Under the pieces are notes generated by a model. That model was given only the letters and a program-made list of their open reading frames with translations, had not been told where the DNA came from and searched no databases. From IMG/VR virus record IMGVR_UViG_3300023184_000024, positions 248,001 to 312,000 of that record: DNA of 64,000 bases. One strand, written 5' to 3'. Shown here piece after piece: positions 1-9,344 of the stretch. Made by a program: the position numbers and the translations under genes. Each line of letters begins with the position of its first letter. Positions within the stretch are counted from its first letter, which is position 1.

Positions 1-253
1 CAGGAGCATACGCTCGATCTCGATTTTCTAGTAGAAACAAGTCTTGAATAAACAAAGGACTTTCTACATTATAAACTGGTTGTGTGGCATCAAAGTTACT
101 GCTTTCCCCGCTGTCGTCACCGCCGATTTTTGGGCCAAGATATTTGTGTATATAAATGTCTAACCCCCCAACAGTGTACATTTCCGCAATAGTACGGTCA
201 AGGAATCGATAATCATTGGTTTTGTTGGGACGATAAAGTGATAAACGTGGCAT
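1..253 (-). CDS. Partial ORF running off the left edge; probable neck/head-closure protein (gp14-like)
   Basis: Not in the ORF track. Manual translation from the ATG at 253 gives MPRLSLYRPNKTNDYRFLDRTIAEMYTVGGLDIYIHKYLGPK..., open to position 1. Minus-strand TAAATA at 260-265; gp13-like gene 2 kb away. Confidence 0.55.
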   Translation of the reverse strand, partial: MPRLSLYRPNKTNDYRFLDRTIAEMYTVGGLDIYIHKYLGPKIGGDDSGESSNFDATQPVYNVESPLFIQDLFLLENRDRAYAP

Positions 254-273
254 AGCATATATTTATGGACGGA

Positions 274-302
274 TTGACACATAATTCAAAAGCTTGTATA
301 AT
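274..302 (+). promoter_or_regulatory. sigma70-type (early) promoter
   Basis: TTGACA (274-279), N17, TATAAT (297-302); AAGGAG RBS before the ATG at 331. Confidence 0.85.
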
Positions 303-330
303 TAGGGCTTAACTACACAAAGGAGCCACC

Positions 331-588
331 ATGCTTACAGATGTACAAAGCGCACAAATTAATAGTACTGAAGTATACACTTTAGATTATGAGGCAGAAG
401 CCCTGCAAAGTTACGAGGACACCGGTGAGGACTTAATGGACGAGCTGGAAGTTCGTGCCACTAATGTTATTTTGGAACAGACAGCATGGGACGCCCGCGA
501 GGATTTGGGCGGCATTACAGTGTATTTTCGAGATAATACTTTAGTAGCATTCTACGACTACGAGCAGTTTCGTGGCACTGTGTTCTAA
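331..588 (+). CDS. Small acidic hypothetical early protein
   Basis: 85-aa ORF with its own promoter and RBS. Confidence 0.8.
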   Translation: MLTDVQSAQINSTEVYTLDYEAEALQSYEDTGEDLMDELEVRATNVILEQTAWDAREDLGGITVYFRDNTLVAFYDYEQFRGTVF

Positions 589-606
589 AAACAACACCAG
601 CAAAGA

Positions 607-635
607 TTGACACCAAAATCAATCTTTGCTATAAT
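607..635 (+). promoter_or_regulatory. sigma70-type promoter overlapped by a 10-bp inverted repeat
   Basis: TTGACA (607-612), N17, TATAAT (630-635); CAAAGATTGA (601-610) pairs with TCAATCTTTG (619-628). Confidence 0.85.
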
Positions 636-662
636 ACTTGCTTGTACACTATAGGAGTAGCC

Positions 663-950
663 ATGAAAGCCGCTAATTTTGTTGCAAAGTACACGGGCCC
701 AAAGGGCAAGGGTTTTATACAGCCCTATGACAAAATAAAAGCCACAGAAAAGTGGGTGGAGTACGCACTGGACATTGTGGACATGAGCCGTATTATAATG
801 ACAGTGGACTTCAACACAAAATGGCGCCTAGCAGAAGCCCTGGAAGTAGCAGAACGCAAACGTGCATACATGTACAAGCACAAAAATTTTGACGTTAAAC
901 GTGCCGCCAAACTTTTTGACGCTGTAAAACACTTGCCCAAGACTAAGTAA
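663..950 (+). CDS. Hypothetical early protein (basic)
   Basis: Track ORF 642..950; the likely start is the ATG at 663, after TAGGAG. Confidence 0.75.
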   Translation: MKAANFVAKYTGPKGKGFIQPYDKIKATEKWVEYALDIVDMSRIIMTVDFNTKWRLAEALEVAERKRAYMYKHKNFDVKRAAKLFDAVKHLPKTK

Positions 951-959
951 GGAATAATT

Positions 960-2096
960 ATGATCGCAATCAAAACTATTAAACTTCTAAACCCACGTAG
1001 TGCAGATACCAATGCCCTGGGCATGGAACCCACTTGGAAAACCCAACCCACAGAAGGTCGCATCAGTGCCTTTAGTCATGCCTTTTCTTGGTACAACTAT
1101 TTTTACGGCAAAAAAGATGCTCGTGAGATGATTGTAAATTATCTAGAAACACATGGTCGTAAGGCAGACGTCCGTACACTCAAACGTATCCCAGATAGCT
1201 CAATCCGTTTGACCACAGGTTGGTTATGCCGCATGAGCATGGTAGGATTGGAGCTCACAGACCACGAGCAGATCAAATTGGACAATTTGCTAACAGAGAT
1301 TTTAGAATCCAAACAAGATGAAGTGGCAGAAGAAGTAGTAGTTGATGATACAGTGCCTCGCGTTACCATCCAAGACAGACTGCGAGAAAAAGTATCAGAG
1401 TGCGCAGGTGAACTAGATGGATTGTTTGACGACTTTATCACAGCCGGCGCCAAGCTCAACGCAGACTACAAACCTGTGGTGCTCATGCGTAGCCTAAACA
1501 TTGCCCCACAAATGGTCAATGACATCAAACAAATTTGGACACGCAAACTATCAGAGTTTGATGCCGCAGTTGAGGGCAAGGATGCTGATTTGGTACAGGG
1601 CTACAGCTACTTGACCAAAGTGCAGTTAAAGAATTGCGTGAAGTTCTGTGAGCTTGTGATTTCAGACTGTGGTGCTTACGTACAGATTAAAAAGGTTGAA
1701 CGCAAGCCACGTAAAGTTAAAGCAGTGCCGCCTGAGAAACGTGCCGCAAAGTTCAAACATGTCATGGAATTTGCTGAGCTCAAGCTCAAAGGATTGTCGG
1801 CCGCAAGTCTAGTGGACAAAGCAGAAGCTTGGCTATATGACACTAAAAAGCGCAAGTTGATACACCTTGTTGCTGACAGCCATACACAGGCATTTACTGT
1901 AAAGTCTAACTCAATTATTGGGTATAGCACAGTAGAAAGCCAGCAAAAAACCTTGCGCAAACCAGCTGATGTGCTTAAAGCACTAGGTGCCGCAGGCAAG
2001 CCGGCAGCAAGGAAAATCTACAAGGATTTGACTACCACAGAAACACCGTTTAATGGGCGTGGTACTGAGAATTTGATCATCCTTAAGAGTTGGTAA
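960..2096 (+). CDS. Hypothetical phage protein, 378 aa
   Basis: Long ORF with AAGGA RBS; no motif recognised. Confidence 0.8.
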   Translation: MIAIKTIKLLNPRSADTNALGMEPTWKTQPTEGRISAFSHAFSWYNYFYGKKDAREMIVNYLETHGRKADVRTLKRIPDSSIRLTTGWLCRMSMVGLELTDHEQIKLDNLLTEILESKQDEVAEEVVVDDTVPRVTIQDRLREKVSECAGELDGLFDDFITAGAKLNADYKPVVLMRSLNIAPQMVNDIKQIWTRKLSEFDAAVEGKDADLVQGYSYLTKVQLKNCVKFCELVISDCGAYVQIKKVERKPRKVKAVPPEKRAAKFKHVMEFAELKLKGLSAASLVDKAEAWLYDTKKRKLIHLVADSHTQAFTVKSNSIIGYSTVESQQKTLRKPADVLKALGAAGKPAARKIYKDLTTTETPFNGRGTENLIILKSW

Positions 2097-2118
2097 ATAT
2101 TAGGGACAGGAGTCCCTA

Positions 2119-2883
2119 ATGGCCGACCAAACACTAGACCCACTAAAAAAACAACTCATTGATTATGTGCAGTTACAACTTGCAAGTCAAATTATTGACA
2201 TTGAGTTAGACCCAGCACACTACGAAGCCGCATATCAAAAAACAATAGGCACTTATCGCCAACGTGCGCAAAATGCCTATGAAGAAAGCTACAGCTTCAT
2301 GGAGTTGTTAGATGGAGTCAACGAATATACACTACCGCAAGAAGTAACACAGGTTCGACAAATCTTCCGTCGAACAATTGGACTCGGCACTGGCGGCACC
2401 GCTTCTAGTTTTGATCCTTTTGGCGCAGCCACACTCAATGTGTATCTGTTAAACTTTAATCAAGCACAAGGTAGTTTGGCTACCTATGATTTTTATCAGC
2501 AATATGTAGAGCTAGCCGCAAGAATGTTTGGTGGCTACATCAATTACACATTTAACCCAGTTACTAAACGATTACAGTTGATCAGGGATCCACGAGGCAG
2601 CGGAGAAGTTGTACTATTGTGGACCTACAATTTGCGTCCGGAAATTGTGTTATTAAGCGACTTCCAAATTAGCCAATGGATACGTGATTATATGGTGGCG
2701 GCTTGTAAAATGATCATTGGCGAAGCACGTGAAAAGTTTGCCAGCATTGCCGGCCCACAAGGTGGATCAACTCTGAACGGTGCCGCAATGAAACAAGAAG
2801 CACAGACAGCAATGGATCGTTGCATTGAAGATCTCAAACTCTACGTTGACGGAAGTCAACCCTTGACATTGATAATTGGATAA
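2119..2883 (+). CDS. gp13: Neck / head-tail adaptor protein (T4 gp13-like)
   Basis: LKKQLIDYVQLQL...IDIELDPAHY N-terminus; C-terminal GEAREKFASIAGPQGG...LNG; TAAATA at 2094-2099. Confidence 0.75.
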   Translation: MADQTLDPLKKQLIDYVQLQLASQIIDIELDPAHYEAAYQKTIGTYRQRAQNAYEESYSFMELLDGVNEYTLPQEVTQVRQIFRRTIGLGTGGTASSFDPFGAATLNVYLLNFNQAQGSLATYDFYQQYVELAARMFGGYINYTFNPVTKRLQLIRDPRGSGEVVLLWTYNLRPEIVLLSDFQISQWIRDYMVAACKMIIGEAREKFASIAGPQGGSTLNGAAMKQEAQTAMDRCIEDLKLYVDGSQPLTLIIG

Positions 2884-3620
2884 TGACTTGTGATACACTG
2901 ATAGTTGGGTGTAGTTATATTGAAAATCTTTTTATACCGCCCGATCACAGGCCGTATCATAACAATATAATCAACTACAAAAAATACAACATAGTAGGCA
3001 CTTCAGGCAGTGGCAATACTGCCATTGCCGCCCGTGTACTGTACGAATGTGCAAAACATCAGTACAAAAAAGTCATTGTATTGTGGAGTGGTATTAATCG
3101 CATAGATTTGCCAGTGGGCTTAGATATACACAAAACATTTCCGTGTGATTCGGATGGCTACCCAACGTATACCTACTATACTGTGTTAGATCAAGTAGTT
3201 TGGTATCACTCAGGCGGCCATTCATTGTCGGGCACATCGGATGACTGCCCAGCAGAGATTAGAAAATTCTTTAAACTACAGTATCTGGGTGCAACTAAAA
3301 AATTTTTATCTGACTTGACATTGCAATCTGTGGTGTCTGTACAGAAATTCTTAGAAGCCAGTGGCATTGACTACAAAATGTCGTTCATCTACGATATTCA
3401 CAAACCCTACACCGAGTGGTATATTGAGCCCGGTTGTGGGTCAGTTGATGTCAACAGTAACTTTTATAGTTTGGTAAACTGGGAAAAACTGTCAAAACTA
3501 ACACCGTTTGAATGGTGCAGAATGAGATCCAAGTTCATGGACAACGATCAGTTTCATTGGAATTATTTGGGTGCAGTAAATTGGTTCAAAGAAGCATACA
3601 ATATAGATTTACTCTCTTGA
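2883..3620 (+). CDS. SGNH/GDSL-like protein (paralogue 1 of 4)
   Basis: IVGCSY, GSGN, LWSGINRID, C-terminal DQFH; TAATG overlap with gp13. Confidence 0.55.
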   Translation: MTCDTLIVGCSYIENLFIPPDHRPYHNNIINYKKYNIVGTSGSGNTAIAARVLYECAKHQYKKVIVLWSGINRIDLPVGLDIHKTFPCDSDGYPTYTYYTVLDQVVWYHSGGHSLSGTSDDCPAEIRKFFKLQYLGATKKFLSDLTLQSVVSVQKFLEASGIDYKMSFIYDIHKPYTEWYIEPGCGSVDVNSNFYSLVNWEKLSKLTPFEWCRMRSKFMDNDQFHWNYLGAVNWFKEAYNIDLLS

Positions 3621-3621
3621 C

Positions 3622-3650
3622 TAGACACAGCGTTTGTTTTTTAGTATAAT
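3622..3650 (+). promoter_or_regulatory. sigma70-type promoter
   Basis: TAGACA, N17, TATAAT, 5 nt before the ATG at 3656. Confidence 0.65.
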
Positions 3651-3655
3651 ATTGT

Positions 3656-4201
3656 ATGGACATAATGATTGATATTGAAACAGTTGGCACAGGACCCGAA
3701 GCCTGTATTTTAACCATTGCCGCCCAGACATTTGAACCACTGGAAACTGGCTACAACGAATTAAGCTACTATGCCAGAGTGGACTTCGAAAGCCAGCCAG
3801 GGCGCAACATTGAAGATGGGACTATTCAATGGTGGGCTACTCAACCGGCTGAAGCAAGAGAAGAAGCATTCAATGAAAAGGATCGCATTCCTTTGGGACA
3901 AGCACTTGAAGAGCTTGGCCGTATTATTTGGACTTGCAAACAAAGAACCAAAGACAACGCCGCTCGAATTTGGGCCAACGGTCCTACATTTGACATGAAT
4001 ATTTTAGAACACGCCTATAAAAGTTTTAAAATTCAACTACCTTGGCAGTATTATCGTGTAAGAGACGCTAGAACAATATATGGGCTCTGGCCCGACTTGC
4101 CAAAGTATCCAGCTAGCCATCATGCTTTAGAAGATTGTCGAAGACAAATTGACTTATTGCAAGCTACGCTAAAACATCTTGATGTTAAGGAATTGGCATG
4201 A
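3656..4201 (+). CDS. dexA: DEDDh 3'-5' exonuclease (T4 DexA-like)
   Basis: IMIDIET, WANGPTFD and HHALED motifs. Confidence 0.8.
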   Translation: MDIMIDIETVGTGPEACILTIAAQTFEPLETGYNELSYYARVDFESQPGRNIEDGTIQWWATQPAEAREEAFNEKDRIPLGQALEELGRIIWTCKQRTKDNAARIWANGPTFDMNILEHAYKSFKIQLPWQYYRVRDARTIYGLWPDLPKYPASHHALEDCRRQIDLLQATLKHLDVKELA

Positions 4202-4845
4202 TTATTGGGGTTTGCGGATTTATCGGGTCGGGCAAAGACACCGTGGCAGATTATTTGGTAAATTTTCATGAATTCAGAAGAGAATCATTTGCCAACACAT
4301 TAAAAGACGCTGTGGCCAACGTGTTTGGGTGGGACCGTACAATGCTGGAGGGGCGCACAAAGCAGGCCCGAGAGTGGCGTGAGCAAGTGGACCTGTGGTG
4401 GGCACAACGACTAAACATGCCCGATTTAACTCCTAGGCTAATGCTACAACTTTGGGGCACAGAAGTATGTCGTAAAGGATTCCATGATGACATATGGATT
4501 GCTAGCTTGGAAAACAAACTGCGTAATAGCCAAGACAATGTTGTCATCAGTGACTGCAGATTCCCCAATGAAATCAAATCAATACGGGAACAAGGCGGAA
4601 CAATTATCTGGGTCCAACGCGGCGAGTTACCGAGCTGGCATATCATGGCAGCCAAGGCAAATTCAGGTGATGCGTTTGCAGCCGAAAAACTCAAACATCT
4701 TGGAGTACATGCCAGCGAAAGTTCTTGGGTCGGAACAAATTTTGATTATGTAATTGACAACAATGGCAACTTAGATCAACTGTATACTCAGCTCAATGAT
4801 CTGGTTCAAGATCTCCGGGCTTCCACGGCAAGTCGCTCTTTGTGA
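4198..4845 (+). CDS. gp1: Deoxynucleoside monophosphate kinase (T4 gp1-like)
   Basis: P-loop GFIGSGKDT; R..LQ.WGTEV.R; ISDCRFPNE. Confidence 0.85.
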   Translation: MIIGVCGFIGSGKDTVADYLVNFHEFRRESFANTLKDAVANVFGWDRTMLEGRTKQAREWREQVDLWWAQRLNMPDLTPRLMLQLWGTEVCRKGFHDDIWIASLENKLRNSQDNVVISDCRFPNEIKSIREQGGTIIWVQRGELPSWHIMAAKANSGDAFAAEKLKHLGVHASESSWVGTNFDYVIDNNGNLDQLYTQLNDLVQDLRASTASRSL

Positions 4846-5137
4846 CCTCGGTGGCACAATTTAAACAAATTGTTTTTAGGTTTCTAAGATCGCAATTGTT
4901 AAGGTTGCCGTCAATGTGATACACCATAAGTTGAACTGAGTATCTTGCTTTAAAGCCGCACCTATCACAAGCGGCTTTTTTCTTATAACCACTGAGTTGC
5001 CATCTTGGTTTCTGTGCAGGAATTTTTTTTCCTTTTCTAATACAACTGTTGCACCTAGAACGATAGTAAATACGTTCGTTGTGATAGCCATTTATGGCCG
5101 AAAAGTTCTTGCCGCAGGTTTTACAAAGTGGTCTCAT
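4793..5137 (-). CDS. HNH endonuclease / Zn-finger protein
   Basis: CKTC..RCNSC and CDRC..HIDGNLNN...NLKTICLNC; perfect minus-strand TATAAATA at 5142-5149. Confidence 0.7.
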   Translation of the reverse strand: MRPLCKTCGKNFSAINGYHNERIYYRSRCNSCIRKGKKIPAQKPRWQLSGYKKKAACDRCGFKARYSVQLMVYHIDGNLNNCDLRNLKTICLNCATEVTKSDLPWKPGDLEPDH

Positions 5138-5237
5138 GCAGTATTTATAGCACCAAACCTTAATTAAGGCACTTCAACGGGCCATTCTTTTGTCATATAC
5201 GGTAAATATCAGTAACTATTTTTAGAAGGATAAAACC

Positions 5238-8200
5238 ATGGCACTAGTATCACCTGGCGTAGAAGTAAGCGTAATAGACGAATCTAACTACATTCCAGCA
5301 TCCACCAATTCAGTCCCTTATATTCTGTTAGCAACAGCTCAAAACAAAATATCAGGTACCGGGGTAGGAGTTGCACCCGGAACGTTGGCAGTTAATGCCG
5401 GCAAGGTATATCTGGTAACAAGCCAGAGAGATCTTGCCGCAACGTTTGGCAACCCGTTCTTTTATAAGACATCTAACGGAGTACCAATCAACGGTTACGA
5501 ACTCAACGAATACGGGTTGCTTGCGGCTTATTCAGTGTTGGGCATCAGCAATCGTGCATATATCCAGCGAGCAGACATTGATTTATCAGAATTGACAGCA
5601 TCGCTGACTCGTCCAGTTGGCAGCCCAACTGCTAACAGCTATTGGCTCGATACTTCGACATCTATTTGGGGTATTTTACAGTGGAATGTTACCACTGGTG
5701 CTTTTACAACACAAACACCAATCGTGATTACATCAGCATCGCAATTAGATGCCGGCATGCCTAGTGTCAGCGTTGGCTCAATTGGAAGTTATGCAGTTGT
5801 TGCAACAAATTCTAGCAATCCAGTTTATTATAAAAATACAAACAATCAATGGGTACTAGTCGGCAGCGATGATTGGAAATCATCTTGGCCAACTATCCAG
5901 GGCAGTGAATCAATTGATGGCACACTTTATGCTGGCAACTATATTATTATTAACGGTACCACCGTGACAGTTCCTGCTGGCCCAGACAACACATTGCAAG
6001 GCCTAGTAGATGAAATCAACAATGCCAACATTTTAGGTGTCACAGCCGAGTACGACAGTAGCGATCGTTTGGTAATTTATGCAACCAGCGAAGCTACCAA
6101 TGACGGTTCAACTGCAGATGGCGGGATGGTTTCGATTGATCCTGCTAGCACAGGCGCTTTGTTGACTACATTAGGCATTGCTCCAGATAATTATTATGCT
6201 CCTGCATTGCAACAAAGTGCAAATTATACTAACCCACGTTGGAGAAGCACTGACAGTTTTCCTAAACCCACAGGATCTGTTTGGAACATGATCACACCAG
6301 TTAACTTGGGCGCCAACATTTCTGTGAAGAAATATGACGCAGTGTTGGGTGCTTATATAACTCAAAACGCACCAATTTACGAAAATGATCAAAGTGCCAA
6401 CAAGTCGATGGATCCTTCAGGTGGCGGAAAGAACATACCAACCGGTACATTGTATATTCAATATAATGTAAGCCCAGAATTGTCTGGCAGTATGTTGTAC
6501 AATAATACATTTACATTGAAAGTATTTGAAAGATTGACGTCAGGATCGACCATCATCACAGGTGACGATACAACTCCTATTTTTGTAAATGGAAATACAT
6601 TTTCTATTCAGGCCAGTGCTGCCAACAGCAATACATTAACTTCTGCAGTGACAGCGACCATGGGCGGCACAACAGCCGCAGACTTTGTGTCTGCTGTTTC
6701 TGCTGCCGGTGTTCCATATGTTTCGGCTGCTGTAAATTCAGATGGTTCAATAGCAATGACGCACAGCCAAGGTGGCGTAATCGCTATTAAGAATTTAACA
6801 GGCAGCCCCGTAACTGCGGCAGGTTTCAACACAGATGTAACTGGTGTAAGAGCTGGCTCCGGCAGTTTAAATGGCGCATTAATCTTATCAAACTGGGTAC
6901 CGTTGGATTATGTTGCACAATCAACCGCACCCGATTCTGATCCAGTAGATGGCAGATATTGGTATTATTCAGCCACAGATCAAGTTGACATTATGATCAA
7001 TAATGGGTCTGATTGGTTAGGTTATAAAAATGTCAGCAACGATGCTCGTGGTTACAACTTAACTGTTACTAACTCAACTGGTCCTATTGTTTCTGCATCA
7101 GAACCCACTGCTCAAACTGATAAAACTGATCTTGAGTATGGCGATTTATGGATTGACACCAGCAATCTTGAGCTGTACCCAGTAATCAAGCGTTGGGAAA
7201 ACATCAGTGGAGTTGATCAATGGGTCACCATCAACAACACAGATCAAACAACATCAAATGGTATTTTATTCGGCGATGCACGTTGGGCAACAAATGGTTA
7301 TACCAACCCTTCGTCAGACGCTATCCCATCAATTGTTAGTTTATTAACCAGCAATTACTTGGACATTGATGCTCCTAACGCATCTTTATATCCAGCTGGG
7401 ACATTGTTGTGGAATACACGCCGAAGCGGATTCAATGTTAAATCGTTCCAAGTCAACTACTTTAATGGAACAGATTTTTCTATAGATCCATATTCGTCGG
7501 CAACGACTTATGTGACCGGTGATAAAGTATTGTACAATGGTGTAATCTATGTTGCATTGAGTACAACACAAAGCAATTTACCAATTGATACAGATTACTG
7601 GGATCTGTTAGAAACCAATGCATGGGTAACAGCTTCTGGTAATCGTGCAGATGGTAGTCCGTACATGGGACGACAAGCACAACGTGCGTTGATTGTACAA
7701 GCATTGAAGTCTGCAATTGATACACAAGATACACTGCGCGAAGAACAAAATCAATTTAATTTAGTTGCTTGCCCTCAGTATCCAGAGTTGATGACAAACA
7801 TGGTTGCTTTAAACAACGAGCGCAACAACACAGCATTTGTCATTGGTGATACACCGTTGCGTTTACCTCCAGAAGGTGCTGAGATCATTGCGTGGTCTAC
7901 AGACAACAACGGTCTTGGCTACAAATCTGGTGATGGCTTAAATGTAGGCGATGCTTACCTTGGTACATTCTATCCAAGTTGCCGTACCACAGATTTGTCA
8001 GGTAGTCAAGTTGTTCAACCTCCAAGTCACATGATGCTACGAACAATTGTTCGGAGTGACGAAGTTGCGTTCCCTTGGTTAGCACCAGCAGGTGTGCGTA
8101 GAGGTGTAGTTGACAATGCTGAACAGTTGGGTTATGTGAATTCACAGACTGGCGAATTCATAACTATTGCAACAGGCCAAGGCCTTCGCGATGTTTTGTA

Positions 8201-8633
8201 TGAAAACAGGATCAATCCAATTACGTTTATTCCAGGTGTCGGAATTACCAACTATGGTAACAAAACAGAAGCAGGACAACCAAGTGCATTAGATCGCATC
8301 AACGTTGCACGTTTAGTTGCATTTATACGTGGTAGATTAGAAGAAATTGGCAAGACATTTGTGTTTGAACCAAACGATCAAATCACACGCAACGAAATTA
8401 GCAATGCCATTGATGGTTTAATGATTGATCTAGTTGCCAAACGTGGTATCTACGATTACCTGGTAGTTTGCGATGAAAGCAATAACACACCAGCACGTAT
8501 TGATAGAAACGAATTGTACGTTGACATTGCAATTGAGCCAGTGAAAGCAGTGGAATTTATCTATATCCCAATGCGTATTAAGAATACCGGAGAAATTGCA
8601 TCCGGACAAGTTGCTTCATCAGCAACAACATGA
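5238..8633 (+). CDS. gp18: Tail sheath protein (gp18-like) with large insertions, 1131 aa
   Basis: MALVSPGVEVSVIDES N-terminus; C-terminal FPWLAPAGVRRG, RINVARL, FVFEPND, CDESNNTPARIDRNELYVDIAIEP; TAAATA at 5203. Confidence 0.92.
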   Translation: MALVSPGVEVSVIDESNYIPASTNSVPYILLATAQNKISGTGVGVAPGTLAVNAGKVYLVTSQRDLAATFGNPFFYKTSNGVPINGYELNEYGLLAAYSVLGISNRAYIQRADIDLSELTASLTRPVGSPTANSYWLDTSTSIWGILQWNVTTGAFTTQTPIVITSASQLDAGMPSVSVGSIGSYAVVATNSSNPVYYKNTNNQWVLVGSDDWKSSWPTIQGSESIDGTLYAGNYIIINGTTVTVPAGPDNTLQGLVDEINNANILGVTAEYDSSDRLVIYATSEATNDGSTADGGMVSIDPASTGALLTTLGIAPDNYYAPALQQSANYTNPRWRSTDSFPKPTGSVWNMITPVNLGANISVKKYDAVLGAYITQNAPIYENDQSANKSMDPSGGGKNIPTGTLYIQYNVSPELSGSMLYNNTFTLKVFERLTSGSTIITGDDTTPIFVNGNTFSIQASAANSNTLTSAVTATMGGTTAADFVSAVSAAGVPYVSAAVNSDGSIAMTHSQGGVIAIKNLTGSPVTAAGFNTDVTGVRAGSGSLNGALILSNWVPLDYVAQSTAPDSDPVDGRYWYYSATDQVDIMINNGSDWLGYKNVSNDARGYNLTVTNSTGPIVSASEPTAQTDKTDLEYGDLWIDTSNLELYPVIKRWENISGVDQWVTINNTDQTTSNGILFGDARWATNGYTNPSSDAIPSIVSLLTSNYLDIDAPNASLYPAGTLLWNTRRSGFNVKSFQVNYFNGTDFSIDPYSSATTYVTGDKVLYNGVIYVALSTTQSNLPIDTDYWDLLETNAWVTASGNRADGSPYMGRQAQRALIVQALKSAIDTQDTLREEQNQFNLVACPQYPELMTNMVALNNERNNTAFVIGDTPLRLPPEGAEIIAWSTDNNGLGYKSGDGLNVGDAYLGTFYPSCRTTDLSGSQVVQPPSHMMLRTIVRSDEVAFPWLAPAGVRRGVVDNAEQLGYVNSQTGEFITIATGQGLRDVLYENRINPITFIPGVGITNYGNKTEAGQPSALDRINVARLVAFIRGRLEEIGKTFVFEPNDQITRNEISNAIDGLMIDLVAKRGIYDYLVVCDESNNTPARIDRNELYVDIAIEPVKAVEFIYIPMRIKNTGEIASGQVASSATT

Positions 8634-8649
8634 TAGCATTTAATGCACT

Positions 8650-8677
8650 AAAACGGGGTTTAAGGCCCCGTTTTTTT
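8650..8677 (+). terminator. Rho-independent terminator
   Basis: AAAACGGGG...CCCCGTTTT stem followed by a T-run; looks bidirectional. Confidence 0.85.
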
Positions 8678-8719
8678 GGTTTGAAAAAGACTAAATAATA
8701 ACATAAAGGAGATATACAC

Positions 8720-9337
8720 ATGGCCGTTTCATCACTAACCAGATTGACAGTGCCTTTGGCCAGCGATCAAAGCAATCCTACCCAAGGTCTGTTAATGCCC
8801 AAATTAAAATATCGTTTCCGTGCGATATTTGAAAACTTTGGTGTAGCAACACCGAGAACAGAATTGACAAAACAAGTAATTGATTTTACTCGTCCATCAG
8901 TTTCGTTTGAAGAAATACCTATCGAAATTTACAATAGCCGATTATACCTGGCTGGTAAGCACACATGGGAAGCACTCACAGTTAACCTTCGCGATGATGC
9001 ATCAGGACAAGTTGCACGTCTTGTTGGTGAACAATTACAAAAACAACTTGACTTCATGGAGCAAGCTTCGGCAGCGTCAGGCATTGATTACAAGTTTACC
9101 ACCAAGTGCGAAGTACTTGATGGTGGCAACGGTACTTCTACTCCTACAGTTTTAGAAACTTGGGAAATGTATGGTTGCTACTTGAGTAGTGTAAATTACA
9201 ATGACTTGAACTATGGTAGCAGTGAGCCTGTAACAATTACATTAAACATTCGATTCGATAATGCGTTACAAACTCCTATTGGATCTGGTGTAGGTGCTGA
9301 AGTAGCAAGGACTGTAAACGACGTGATCACAGGATAA
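8720..9337 (+). CDS. gp19: Tail tube protein (gp19-like)
   Basis: Follows the sheath; P.L.YRF, F.EI.I, GK.TWE.LT, W.MYGC, L.Y.SSE...I..D pattern; TAAATA at 8692 and AAGGAG RBS. Confidence 0.85.
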   Translation: MAVSSLTRLTVPLASDQSNPTQGLLMPKLKYRFRAIFENFGVATPRTELTKQVIDFTRPSVSFEEIPIEIYNSRLYLAGKHTWEALTVNLRDDASGQVARLVGEQLQKQLDFMEQASAASGIDYKFTTKCEVLDGGNGTSTPTVLETWEMYGCYLSSVNYNDLNYGSSEPVTITLNIRFDNALQTPIGSGVGAEVARTVNDVITG

Positions 9338-9344
9338 ACCTGTT

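Noticed and set aside
5158-5169. Palindrome CCTTAATTAAGG between the divergent HNH and sheath promoters
   Set aside because: Single short AT-rich palindrome with no second copy found; compatible with chance.
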